Shown piece by piece: positions 13,428 through 24,588 of a DNA stretch of 64,000 bases. Each line of letters begins with the position of its first letter. The first letter of the stretch is position 1. The notes beneath the pieces were generated by a model. It ran no database searches. It saw only the letters and a program-made list of their open reading frames with translations, and was not told the DNA's origin. The stretch lies in assembly GCA_973895155.1 (NCBI GenBank), contig OZ316892.1, positions 634,917 to 698,916 of the forward strand, written 5' to 3'. The stretch is from Marsupella aquatica (lineage: Eukaryota; Plantae; Marchantiophyta). Made by a program: the position numbers and the translations under genes.

Positions 13428-13739
13428 AAGTAATGTCCCTCTGCTGGACTTTGGATGGCCTGCCCTTCACGTTTGTTTTTTAGATATGTTGCTTTTGGCC
13501 TGCCAAGAGCCTAGTGTTAGAAAGATACCATGCTCCTTACTGGACTCTTTGGTCTTGGAGCTTGTACCCACTGCCCTTTTGGGACTGTTGCCGTTTGGCC
13601 TGCTTGGTCCCCTCATCCGTGGGGTTCACGCGGAATAAAATTCAAAAAAAAACAAAAAAACAAAAAAACAGGACATTAACATTTAATTCCCAACACTAGC
13701 CCATACCACTCCTTCATGAAATGAATATGCTGTGATTAC

Positions 13740-13925
13740 CTGCACTTTATTGATAGCACTCTGGTCCCAATAGAAGAGCATTGTCAAAGCCTTCTCAAGC
13801 AATTGGATCCCTTCCTCTAGTGTCAAATCTTCTTGCCACTCACTTTGAAATATGGGACGGAAAAATTGATTGCCCAATCCAGATGCAACATGATTATCTT
13901 CGTAATGTACTCTGATCATGCTGAC
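13740..13925 (-). pseudogene. PBG1: 20S proteasome beta-7 subunit fragment, penultimate exon
   Basis: CCACAG|VSMIRVHYEDNHVASGLGNQFFRPIFQSEWQEDLTLEEGIQLLEKALTMLFYWDQSAINKVQ|GTAAT resembles plant PBG1 (EDNHVATGFGNHLARPILRDEW..DLSFE.GV.LLEK...RDRSAINKLQ). Confidence 0.85.
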
Positions 13926-14034
13926 CTGTGGATGGGATGCAGACTTTCATAAATGTCAAAGAGGGTCTTCTGGGCTTTCAAAGTCACTTGCTTGTCATCC
14001 CCAGCGCTTGGCTCAACATTGCAAAGTACCTAGT

Positions 14035-15444
14035 CTACAATCTTCTGGTTCTTCTTTGTTCTGAAAAAATTGTCACCTCATTCAGCAAATTGTCCCGTGC
14101 CTCAGGACCTTCGTCCATGTACTCCCTTCGAGGAACATGGACTCCAGCGTATCCACCTGGATGGGGTGTAATACCCCGGAGCAACTCAGGACTGAAATGC
14201 TCTCCTCTCTCAATCAAATAGTTATGCAGAATGCAACAACAATAGATCATTGGACCAATTCTCTGCTTTTTTGGTTTCCACAATATTCGACTGAGTATCC
14301 GCCACGTTCCTTTTAGCTGCCCAAACGCTCTTTCAACTGCCATCCTAGCTTGAGAGTGGCGGTGGTTCCACAAGTCATGCTCGTCTGATAATCCCCTTGC
14401 AAAAGGCACCATGAGCCAGGGATACAAGGGGTACCCTGCGTCCCCAACTATGTATTCCCTTAGAAGTGTCTCTCCATCTTGACAATTATAATCCAAGCCC
14501 TGCAACTTGACTCTTCTATACTCAACATCTCTGTAAAATGTAGACACTCTGAGCAAGCGTGTGTCCTGAATGCTCCCAGGCCAGCCAGCTACAACGTGCA
14601 AGAAGCTCAACTTCAAATCGACTATAGCCTGCATAGACACTGAGGTTTTCTTTTTAAAATCAAAATAATCCTGGCTGCGCTCTGATGCTGGCAACTCTAC
14701 AGGAAAATGGGTGCCGTAAATGGCCCCACAGCAATTTGGGAATCCCCATCGATCAAGAAACTCACTTTTCACCTCATCCAGCTCTGCCCCAGTTGGCCAC
14801 TTGATAAGTCTTCTCCCTCGTGCATTGATTGCCTGAATAAACTTCCAGGTTACTTTGATTGCGGTAGGACAAGAAACTCCAAACAGCTCCGAGATTCCAA
14901 GGAATTGGTCTCCAGTGCAGAGTCTCCTAAGCGCAATAGCTACCTGCCTCTCAACTATGAGTCGTCTGTTTGGCAGTGTACAAAACGCCAATGGTGGGTT
15001 TGTCAACATGTCGTCATGTACCATGTCACAAATTGCATAGAATGTCACTGGGCTGACCCGAAAGAACTCCTTAAATCTCTCAGGATCGTCATGAGGCACA
15101 AAGTCAATGAAAAGGTAAAACCACTGAATGCTCCTCGGCTTGATGTACCACCGGCACTCGATCTCTCGTTTCCTCATGAAGAAACTTTGAACAACCTGAA
15201 TGAATAGGCAAACCTGCTTCCAGTTATCTTCATCATCTCAACATCTCTTTCTTGACTTGGAATTCTTCTGTGCACACAATCTTTGCAAGATTGTGCTCCT
15301 TCCAAGTTGATGTTGCCTGGTCATGAGGGATAGAAGAGAAACAGCAAGCGACACAGCCATTGTTGCATTCATGATTACAAATGCTATCATCGACTCCCAA
15401 TTCTGAGAAATGTTGTCTTCTTGATCTGGACCTGGAAACTCCAT
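14035..15444 (-). pseudogene. PIF/Harbinger (DDE_Tnp_4/HARBI1-like) transposase, inactivated
   Basis: Motifs FKEFFRVS..TF, GFPNCCGAI(Y)GTH, GWPGSIQD, GDAGYPL, ARMAVERAFG.LK..WRIL and CCILHN. ORF 15238..15444 is in the same frame, separated by one TGA. The first catalytic Asp reads Tyr. Confidence 0.9.
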
Positions 15445-16084
15445 TTTGAATCAATTTCCAATTCACCTTCCGCACTTCCTCCAGCAATCCGAAGCAGCAC
15501 AAAAAGCAACAGTGGTGGGGCCAGCTACAGGTCCAAGACAATGCACCAGAAGCATCTCATCAAGCAATCAAAAGCCTCCTATGGTCATCGAAGCAACATG
15601 AAAACAGCAGCAGTGGGGGCAGCCTGCAGGTTACGATTTGCAGTAGATTTTACCAAAATAGATGTTTCAAGTTTTAGTAAACCAAGAGAACAGTCTATGG
15701 AGGATTGAAAACTACGAGTGGCATCAGGCTGCTAGAGGACTATCCAAAGCAAGAACTCGAGGATCTGTACCAGTGACCTCCCTCAGTGTCTCAACCAGAA
15801 AAACCTCTATTGCCTATCGCAAAAAAAATTCTGCAATCCAAACAATAACAAATAATCTGCTATTTTAACTTCTATTGTAAACTCATTACTGGAAACTCAG
15901 GTACTTGCAAAATAAGACTTGATGAGTCAAGTGCGAGCTTGCCTATCACATTTTGGAGTTATGTTAGTTATAGGTCAACAGCAACTACTTCAGTACTTTA
16001 GCGTAGGTTTGCTTTGCAGTTTCTAAGTTTTTCTTTTGACTCTGAAAAAACCACATGCCAGAGCCGCGGCATTTGAGTCTCGGA

Positions 16085-16165
16085 TCTACCAGTAGTCTAC
16101 CACTAGATTCTAGTAGATTCTAGTAGTGAATTCTAGTAGTGGATTCTAGTAGTCTACCACTAGAA
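16085..16165. repeat. Short TCTAGTAG/CTACCACTAGA repeat cluster, possibly subterminal to the Harbinger element
   Basis: Several direct and inverted copies of (T)CTAGTAG about 650 bp upstream of the transposase start. Confidence 0.55.
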
Positions 16166-19100
16166 TGCATATTTATCAAAAATGGAGACCAGACACTATA
16201 CTTTACGGTTTCAATGCGCACCACATTCGGATTTTAGTTGCTTTGGAGTGCAGAGTAATGATGTCCCGCAGTCCTGGCTTGGGTAGCTCGCCTTCTGTAA
16301 ATCCAAACATTCTTACCTGCTTAGCAAAGCTTCTTGAAGTGTGCCTACATTAGGCAAAGAATGAGAGTGGAAGAGATAATGGGTAAGATACGGTAACCTC
16401 AATCTCGTAGTTATTTCTGTTCTCAACAACAATGAGGCCAACTTCTACTTGCTCCAGATCAGCTCTCACTGCGGGTGGGCTGAAAATCTCATGGCCTGGT
16501 GACAATCTCATCGCATTGGGCAGATTTACTCATACCAGCCAAACAGTGTGAACAAAGCATGTCAATCAAGAGCACCATCACGACCCCATTAACTTCTTTA
16601 ACACATGAGCACGGCTGGTTCTAGACAAGCTCAATTTACATCTGGTGCCGCATACTAATGACGACCTCGACTGGCTTCAAACTGCGGATCAATACCACGT
16701 TTTAAATGAGAGCAGCTGAATGGGAATCGATTGGTAGAGTCCGTCCGAGCCTATGTAATAACAAAATGAATAGATAAGCCTTCAGAGATTAACAAACCTT
16801 TTTACAAGTGGACTGAGAAACCTTCTCTGCTGTGTTTGCTTGAAGCATAGAGAGCTTCCGTTGAGGTCCAATCGAGCCCCAATCGAGCCCCAATTACTTT
16901 TCTTCTGCTTCGTTGGCATAGAAGAGAAGTGGTGATCAAATAATTTGTATGGAGACTTCAGGAAACGCCAACTACACAGCGCTTTCAAGAGGGGAGAGAG
17001 TAAATCGAGTATTGAACTTACAAATTGTCCTCTGCGTTCCCCTTCTAATCTGTCCTCTGCATTCGATCGAGCTCCCATTTTTCGTGCAGACGTCTTTTCG
17101 TTCAGATGCGGAATTTGCATTCGTTCAGACACAAAACCTTTGAGGCACATGGACTCCAGCGTTTTGGAAACTGGCACCACTCGTTCCCCTTCGCACACCG
17201 TTAGTCGAAACCCTCACACCGTCGTTGAATACCCGGTTATAGTCAGTCAATAATTCACCCTCATCAAATGATGCGGGCACCATGGAATGAGACTCAGACT
17301 TGCCCTCAAACGCACTTTGGGGTGACTACAGTTTGAGGGTGAGAGCCAGGTCAAGGGCTGATGGAACAGTACTCTAAGGGCGAGCCGAAGTCGTGAGCCG
17401 CGGTGCTCACGACACTAAAAGAAACCGCCAAACGGAAACTGCGATATCTTCCCAACGGGAAGTCCGTCGGAGGACTTCTTGGGTGCGTTGGAAAGCCCTC
17501 GAGGAGGGTTACGTCCTCCTGAGCTTAGCTAGGTCTGGGGGCGTCATGGGTTCTTGGGGTTTGCGGGTGCTATCTCGCCTGCTTGCCAAATCCTGCCGAA
17601 CAACAGCCAAGCCGTGTTCAGAGTCCCCAGGGAGCTTGCATTGGGGAGGCGAGGCCAAGTAGGCGTGGTGGTTGAGTTCCAAGGGTGCTTGGTCCCTAGA
17701 CCATCAGTAGGGCGAGAACCGGGAGTTGGTTGCTAGAGTCGGGGCCATTCTGGTCCCAACGTGTTGAGACAAGCTTAGGACAAGCTACGCTAATTGGGCC
17801 ATGAGCATGTCCTGGGGTCAGGGCGGTCAGTTGGTGATGGATAGGTATGAGGGGGAACCCGGGCTGCGCCCAAGAAAGGAGCTGTTCTGGACGAACAGTG
17901 GGCGTGGGTTCTGGTTCCGGCTTATGGCATCGGGAGGACCTATCGCTGACCTATTTACCAATGTCTGTTGAGCTTGAGTTAGGATGCTAGACTTGATGAG
18001 TTCTAGATCTTGAAGGGTTACTTATCGAGGCGCTTGGTTGCTTGTGCAGACAGTGAGGACCGTTGAGTAGCGGTCGTATTAGAGAGCAAGTGCGGTTTCG
18101 TATGGGAGGGGCCGATGGTGGTGCAAGGGGCATAAGGTTGCTTGCTCGAGGTATTCCGTGGAAGTGTTCGGTCACAAGGGGCACTTAGGCGTGGGTGCTG
18201 GGATTGGTGAGGACACTGGGTGGCAAGGTCCACCACTGAAACCCTGACTAATTTATGGTAGCTTCACGTTAAATTTGACCTGGTTCATTCCCATTTTTAC
18301 TCATCTTCAAAAGTGCAATGTACATTTTGAGGATTTAAACGTGAGCTTGTGGATGAGACCAATCAACATTTGAGGATACAGTATAAACATGGACTTCAGG
18401 ATGTGACCAATCAGTGCGAGGAGTATTCTAGGGTGGGCTGGTGTGGGTCTGAGGTATGGAGATTTCACATTGTCATATGGGCTGGTGTTTGAGTGAGATC
18501 GATGTGAGAGAGAGAGTCCACACATGATGGTGGGTGTGTGACCTTGTTCTACTTAAGAATATAAATGGAGATTGCTTTCTACACATTATTGTGCCCTGGC
18601 GTGCAAGTGTGATGTCGTTCAGCCCAAGAAATTTTAAAAATATCAGGGTTTCAATTTCAATAAACAGCAACTATTAGTTTTTGGACTCTTTATCCAAATT
18701 GCTCTTAGAGACTTTCCTGTCATCACGTTATATTTTTCCTTCCTAATAGATTCTAGAGGCTTCTTGTGTGCACTGCGTTTCTTTAACAGATGTTTGGGTT
18801 CAGAGTGCAAGTGTAAACGTCGTTGTTACTCTTTGCAATCGTGTGGGGTGTCTAGCAATGAACAATAAGTATTTACCATTCCTGGTCTAGAGAGTCTTGC
18901 ATTAGAATATTTCACGAGACTGCCAAGATCCTTTCCATCTTCCCGCGAGCACTGCCAACACAATTTGTTCTCCAACGTTGCTCTTCACTTCACACGCTAC
19001 TCGCAAGTTCGAACTTTCGCCATTCGGTTCACAGTCAGGTTGAGCCATCAAGCAGACCATCAGGAAAGGCAAGCTTTCACCCCTTCTTCCAATTGCTTGC

Positions 19101-19638
19101 TTGCACCTCCAATGGCACATCTGTTTAAATTTATAGTGAAGTCATAACGCATTGACACAACCTCCTTGTCCTCGCCGTCGTATGTGAGGACTTATCTAAG
19201 GAACGCCGTTAGTAGATACTACATGATTGTGCGTATGTGTCTGTGGGACGGATGTTGAAGGTTACAGTTAGAGGAGATTATTACAGGATGTCTCCCTCCT
19301 TGCGGTCCGGGGTGGTTTTGTGCCTTTTGTCCGTGGCGGCTTGTTACCTCAACCAGCCAGTGAAGGAGTTGGTCAAGAGTGTCGGTGATGGTGCGTACAG
19401 CAGCAGGACCTTGAGGGGTGCATTATAACCGTCGATTCACTGGGCCCATATCTGAATTCAAAGCTTCGTTTGGGCCTTATTAGGGGAGTTCTTCATCTCC
19501 GGTCAAGTCTCCTGTCCTAGTGTGCCTTTAAGTCGTGTGGTCTCGAGTTTTTCCCTTCGTTGATTTCTGATTCCTGTGAGGGCGGGCAATTCGTGTTTGT
19601 CCTTGCTTTTTGGCGGGTCGCTTCACGTTGCTTCAGCC

Positions 19639-21812
19639 ATGGGGACCAACACATCAAAAGACGCAGTTCCGGAGAAGAATGTGCACGAGTTCACAGTTCA
19701 GGTAATGTGCCGGAGCCGAAATGCTGTCCGGTTCTGTTCTGTTCTGTTCTGTTCTGTTCTGTTCTGTTCACCGGATTGACGTTCTGCTGGGACTGATTTG
19801 CCGTCTCATTCTTTCTGTCTGCGAATTCCTTATAGATGACAGACCCAATTGGTTATTTGCTTGAACTTTGGATTCTTCCCGCTTATTGTGGAATACTGTG
19901 TTATCTTGTGCCGTCGGGTCTAGAGAGTCTCCCTGTCCTTGCACTTTATCTCCTGTTGCCCTTAAAAGTGAAGGGCTAAAGATGAAGCAAGTGAATGAAA
20001 AATCAATTACACAACGCGGCTACTGCCAAAAGAGGCTTTGACCGTCAGTGTCATTCATTAATTCATTTCAGCTTTGAGATTTAGGTTACGAAGATCCATT
20101 TTGACCTAAATTGCTGCGAAATTGGAGATACTTGCTTGCGGATGGAATCAGCGGAGAGTTGGCCTTGACTCCGAAAGGTTGTCGGAAGGCTCGAATCAGA
20201 AATCATATTTAGCTCACTCGCTCGGAAAATTGACTTTCTGATGTGGATGATGATCAGGATGCATCTGGCAACAGTGTGCACTTGAGTACATACAAAGGCA
20301 AGGTCTTGCTGATAGTCAATGTGGCATCGCAGTGGTAATTCATCTGATGTCCCCTTAATTTGCTAATTATGCCCCGGTCCGTCCCTAATGCATGAAAATT
20401 CCATTCGAATGCTTTTCATATGTGAGGAATGTCTTCTCATCAGGCTAAAGATCTAATTTCTAGGAACATTTGTGAGTTCGTCCATGTAGGAAAGAGAGCG
20501 CGATGACTCTTGCTTTATAATTGCGAATCCGCCTTTCTATTATTATGTTTCATTTGGTCATTCTTTGCTTCAGTAATCACTCTTGTATCGTTGCGATTGC
20601 TTTGCATTATATTCCTACATGGACCAATAGCATCTTATCATCCTGCTGTGGCTTGGCTTGGGCTGTTCTAAAACAGTTAGTGAAACCCAGCTAAGGTTGT
20701 TTGGTGGCTCTGTTTGTGCACAGTGGGTTGACGAAATCTAACTACAAGGAGCTCACAGAGATACATAACAAGTACCGAGATCAGGGTAGGAATATGCATC
20801 TGAAGATTTACGTTGTCTCTATTGGGATGAGCTTTTTCCGAATGAAAGGATTTCAAGATCTGCCAGACTCTTTGTCAGCTCAAGCTAAACTCGTTTTTCG
20901 TCTTGTGTAGACGACCTCTAAACTCGCATGTGTAGTTTCAAGGTCACCCACTTTGGATTGAGATCTGGACTTGACTCTGGTTTTCCGTACAGGGTTTGAG
21001 ATTTTAGCTTTCCCTTGCAATCAATTTGGCGGTCAGGAACCAGGAACCAACGAGGAAATCAAAGAATTCGCTTGCACAAGGTTCAAAGCTGAATTCCCCA
21101 TTTTTGACAAGGTGAGTTAGACTCTTTCTTGTGATTGCTTAGTGGGGTGTTCATTTTGAGAGTCATGAAGGTCGATGAAGTAAGAGATGTTTTCCACTCT
21201 GTTAGGGTATTTGATTTGAGACAATGGTTTGTGGGTGTTCCAACAACCTTACAGGTGAATGTGAATGGAGCGGAGACAGCCCCGTTGTACAAGTTCTTGA
21301 AGGCAAGCAAAAGCGGAGGTATTCTAGGAGACAGCATCAAGTGGAATTTCTCCAAATTTCTCATTGACAAGGAGGGAAATGTTGTGGATAGATACGCTCC
21401 AACGACAAGCCCCACAAAGATAGAGGTACTTCTTTGTTGTCGTCGTGTCAAATGGCTTCGCCAGTCACCAATTACTTGGATAGTCCAAGATGCCATCTGC
21501 CGGCCAAGAGCAGATGTTCACTGGCTGGGAGACAGTAGTAAGGGTCCGAGGTCAAAGTTCTTCATACTTTGATCTGGTTTTTAATCGATGATTGATCACA
21601 GAGCTTGCCAGCCATATATTTGGGATTGAAAGGTCTAAATATTTCATCTAGTTGAGTTCCATATCTTTTAGATTTCGATTCCTGACATCGCGTTGCAGAC
21701 ACATTGCATAGTTGATGAAACGATTTGTAAGAATTCTGTGCCTGAGCGTTGCTGATGAATGGCTTGGTTATCGTGATTTTTTCTGCAGAAGGATATAAAG
21801 AAACTCTTGTGA
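19639..21812 (+). CDS. GPX: Glutathione peroxidase-like (thioredoxin-dependent GPXL), 6 exons
   Basis: Exons 19639-19701, 20258-20334, 20724-20785, 20993-21111, 21255-21425, 21789-21812, all GT-AG. Motifs [14 protein letters not shown] (Cys, not Sec), [15 protein letters not shown] and KWNFSKFL. The N-terminus MGTNTS fits the MGxxxS myristoylation pattern. Confidence 0.95.
19731..19769. repeat. (GTTCT)n microsatellite in GPX intron 1
   Basis: About 8 perfect pentamer copies. Confidence 0.95.
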
Positions 21813-22888
21813 CTGGGTTTCGAGTGTACTCTTGCACTGTCAGAAATCTTCATAAGTCGTTGTTTCATTGCGCTTATGGGGCCCTTGCGCATGGCACCAA
21901 GTTTCATAGCGCTGTGCAAGTCTCCCTAATGAAGCCAGCGGCATACGAGTGAAATATGCTTAGAGGATTGTGAAGCATCAGAGTTCTAGCAAAAATGTAA
22001 TATACGACCTCTTGAAAGTCATGTGACCTCAGCTCTATTGGGAATAAAAATTGCCAGAAAACTGCAAGCTTCGTGTCTTGTAGATACAATCTGTGTGACT
22101 CGTAGGGTTTGGGCGAAGGGTTTTTCCCCTTTTTAATTCTTGCTTCCCTTTTACATTTTATTATTAATTTCTTCTCAGGCCGGTGAGGCAGGAGGGGTGT
22201 AAGGGAATGATCCCCCATTTTCTGCATGATTGCTTATTATAGTGTTCAATAATCGCATGCTAGCATGGGAGGGAATTATCCCCGTTTTCTGCATGACTGT
22301 AGTGTCCATGCTAGCAGTCTGGTGTCAGTACTTCATGTTTGACTATTGCAGATCTGGGTTTAGATAGGCCATCGAGAAATCCCTCCAGTTTTCCCGTGGG
22401 CGTGGGAATCAAGTTGATATTTGACTATTGTAGATCTGAGTTTACATAGGCCTCCAGTTTTACTCCATATCTACATAGGCCTCCAGTTTTACTGCGGGTG
22501 TGGTTTTCATCCTTTCGGAAAGCTCAAAATGATTTTTGGGACATTAAATGATCCACGTCATTGTTTCTGGTCAAGGACAAAAGGAAAGGACAAATTTGCG
22601 AAAAAGGGCCAATCAAGTAGAATGAAATAAATGCAAAAAAAAAAAGGAAGACAAACACCAGAAAAAACCCAAAAATATAGAAATGAAATGACAAAAGAAG
22701 AAAGAACAAACACAAAACTCAAAGAAGAGGGTCACGCAAAACCCAAAAACCTAGAAAGAAGAAAACTAAGAAATAAACAACCAAATGTACTTGTAATATG
22801 ATGATGATATGTATAATCTTGACAATCTTACTATAAAGGCTCGAACAAGTTTACTCTTAAGGGCCTAGGGTCTAGAGTGAAGCCTCTA

Positions 22889-23124
22889 GACCATAACCCC
22901 AATCCAAACAAAAGTGATTATGAATCTCAATTAAAAAATTAACAAAATACACAAAAATATCATTGTGTAATATTTTTTTTCTTTGTATCTAAACATTCAA
23001 GTAACTGACCATAACCCCAATCCAAACAAAAGTGATTATGAATCTCAATTAAAAAATTAACAAAATACACAAAAATATCATTGTGTAATATTTTTTTTCT
23101 TTGTATCTAAACATTCAAGTAACT
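22889..23124. repeat. ~118-bp AT-rich tandem duplication
   Basis: GACCATAACCCCAATCCAAAC...CATTCAAGTAACT occurs twice in succession, followed by a doubled CTGGTAAT(C/G)GGACTAATACTATATCA. Confidence 0.9.
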
Positions 23125-23384
23125 GGTAATCGGACTAATACTATATCACACTGGTAATGGGACTAATACTATATCAAAATCATGTAAGTCTCTAGAGGTA
23201 GACATGTACACGATGATTGAAAACGAACACTAACAAACATAAATGTGTTGCATGATACATAGTTTAGAAGAAACTGTAATCTAGGCAGTCAATCTAGGTG
23301 GATTGACCGACTTCGGCAGTCGGCAGCACACTATTAATATTACACGGTACAAGCAATTATTATTTCGCTCCCAAAAGGCTAAAA

Positions 23385-24245
23385 AGCAGAGCAGGGAAAC
23401 AGGGCATGCATTGAGAGCAGAACATAGATTCAGCGTGCAGACGCTGCCGGATGAACGGACTCCATCACAGCAGCAGGACCGATTGTAGTACATAGACATT
23501 TTCAAGGCTTTGCACTATACTGCTCCTGCATGTGCGCAATTGACAAGAGAATCGGTGGCAGAAGAGGCTATGGTGGTCCGGTCAGATGCGAGAGTCGGGG
23601 ACGGTATTTTGGGGAGCTCCAGCCCGGAATTGAAATAAACCTCGCGGACAAGGCGTCGAATGATTCGGGGGAATGGATTTTTGAAGCACAATTTGTGAGA
23701 TAGGTTTTGGGAGGCAGAGAGGAGGAGGCGAAAACGAAAAAGAGGAGTGATGGTGGGCAAGGGGGCAGTGCGGCCGCGCTGCTGCTGCTGCTGTGTGCGT
23801 CCGCGGTGCTGGTGATTGTCTGTCGCGCCCTCTTGATGTATCGCCTATTTGTGTGGAGACTTTCTTCACATTCGAGGCCCAGGCTTGCGTTGCACCGTTT
23901 TTTAGGGCTGCAGCCCAACACAGAGAGCAAATCTCCATATGGTTTTTTGCTTAACTTTCTTTTGGGCTGATCGTTGACTTTCTCAGACGGCTGGACTTAG
24001 GCCGTCATTTGCCTTCTGATTCCTCGTTCGTCTCTCTTTTGTTGGGGATTCGTTCCATTGAGGTATGTCCTAGCTTCAGGTCCGGGCTTGCATTACAATC
24101 AATTGCCAATGAATCTTTCTGTCATATACACTGTAGCTTGTTAGGCTGGGCATTGCTCATTTAGCGATGCCTTGCACATGATAAGCAGCGAGTCCCTGGC
24201 AAGGTTAGCTTATCGCTTCTTTATATACTGTCTCCGCGTTCTGGC
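23385..24245 (+). pseudogene. Diverged partial copy of the SPPL promoter, 5'UTR, exon 1 and intron 1 (source ~32030-33061)
   Basis: Colinear similarity, e.g. GGGCAAGGGGGCAGTGCGGCC, TGTGCGTCCGCGGTGCTGGT, GGATTCGTTCCA(T/C)TGAGGTATGTC and TTGCATTACAATCAA. The 3' part of exon 1 and its splice donor are deleted. Confidence 0.9.
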
Positions 24246-24588
24246 AGGGTTGTCGACTACTTCAGAGAGACATTATAGAGGCTCCTTGATCGGTAGTTCC
24301 ACGAGAGCACCGTAAATACTTTACTTTCGAAACCCACGTGGCTGGAATCTTACCTTCACGTCGTTAACAATGTACGTTTTGTCAAGAAAACAAAACTTGA
24401 ATCTGCCGGCTCCGCGCCTGCTCCTGCCTTGAATCAAAAACAGCAGCTTGGAGATCTGTGGCTCTCTTCTTTATCCCACTCCAGCTTGATACTGCGTATG
24501 TAGCCACATGCGGACCAATGTATGTCAAGCGCGTGGAGTTAGGGAGGCCGGAGAGCTCGCGGAGCAGAAAATTGGGGATATTGACAAT

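Larger units (their letters stand above)
6496..13665 (+). mobile_element. Full-length L1-clade LINE with 17-bp TSD and patterned A tail
   Basis: TSD AAACAGGACATTAACAT at 6479-6495 and 13666-13682. The 5' end begins GGGAGGAGCTGAGC; AATAAA at 13634 is followed by a (CAAAAAAA)n tail; ORF1 and ORF2 are both present. Confidence 0.95.
3100..16200. mobile_element. PIF/Harbinger-like DNA transposon (Myb ORF + DDE transposase) with cargo fragments and a nested L1; ends not resolved
   Basis: Canonical two-ORF Harbinger content. TIRs and TSD were not found, so boundaries are approximate. Confidence 0.6.

Noticed and set aside
2960-16200. Harbinger TIR pair and 3-bp TSD
   Set aside because: No convincing inverted match was found by eye between the left flank and 15.9-16.2 kb.
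20325-20730. Selenocysteine in GPX
   Set aside because: The active-site codon is TG|T (Cys) across the splice junction, not TGA.
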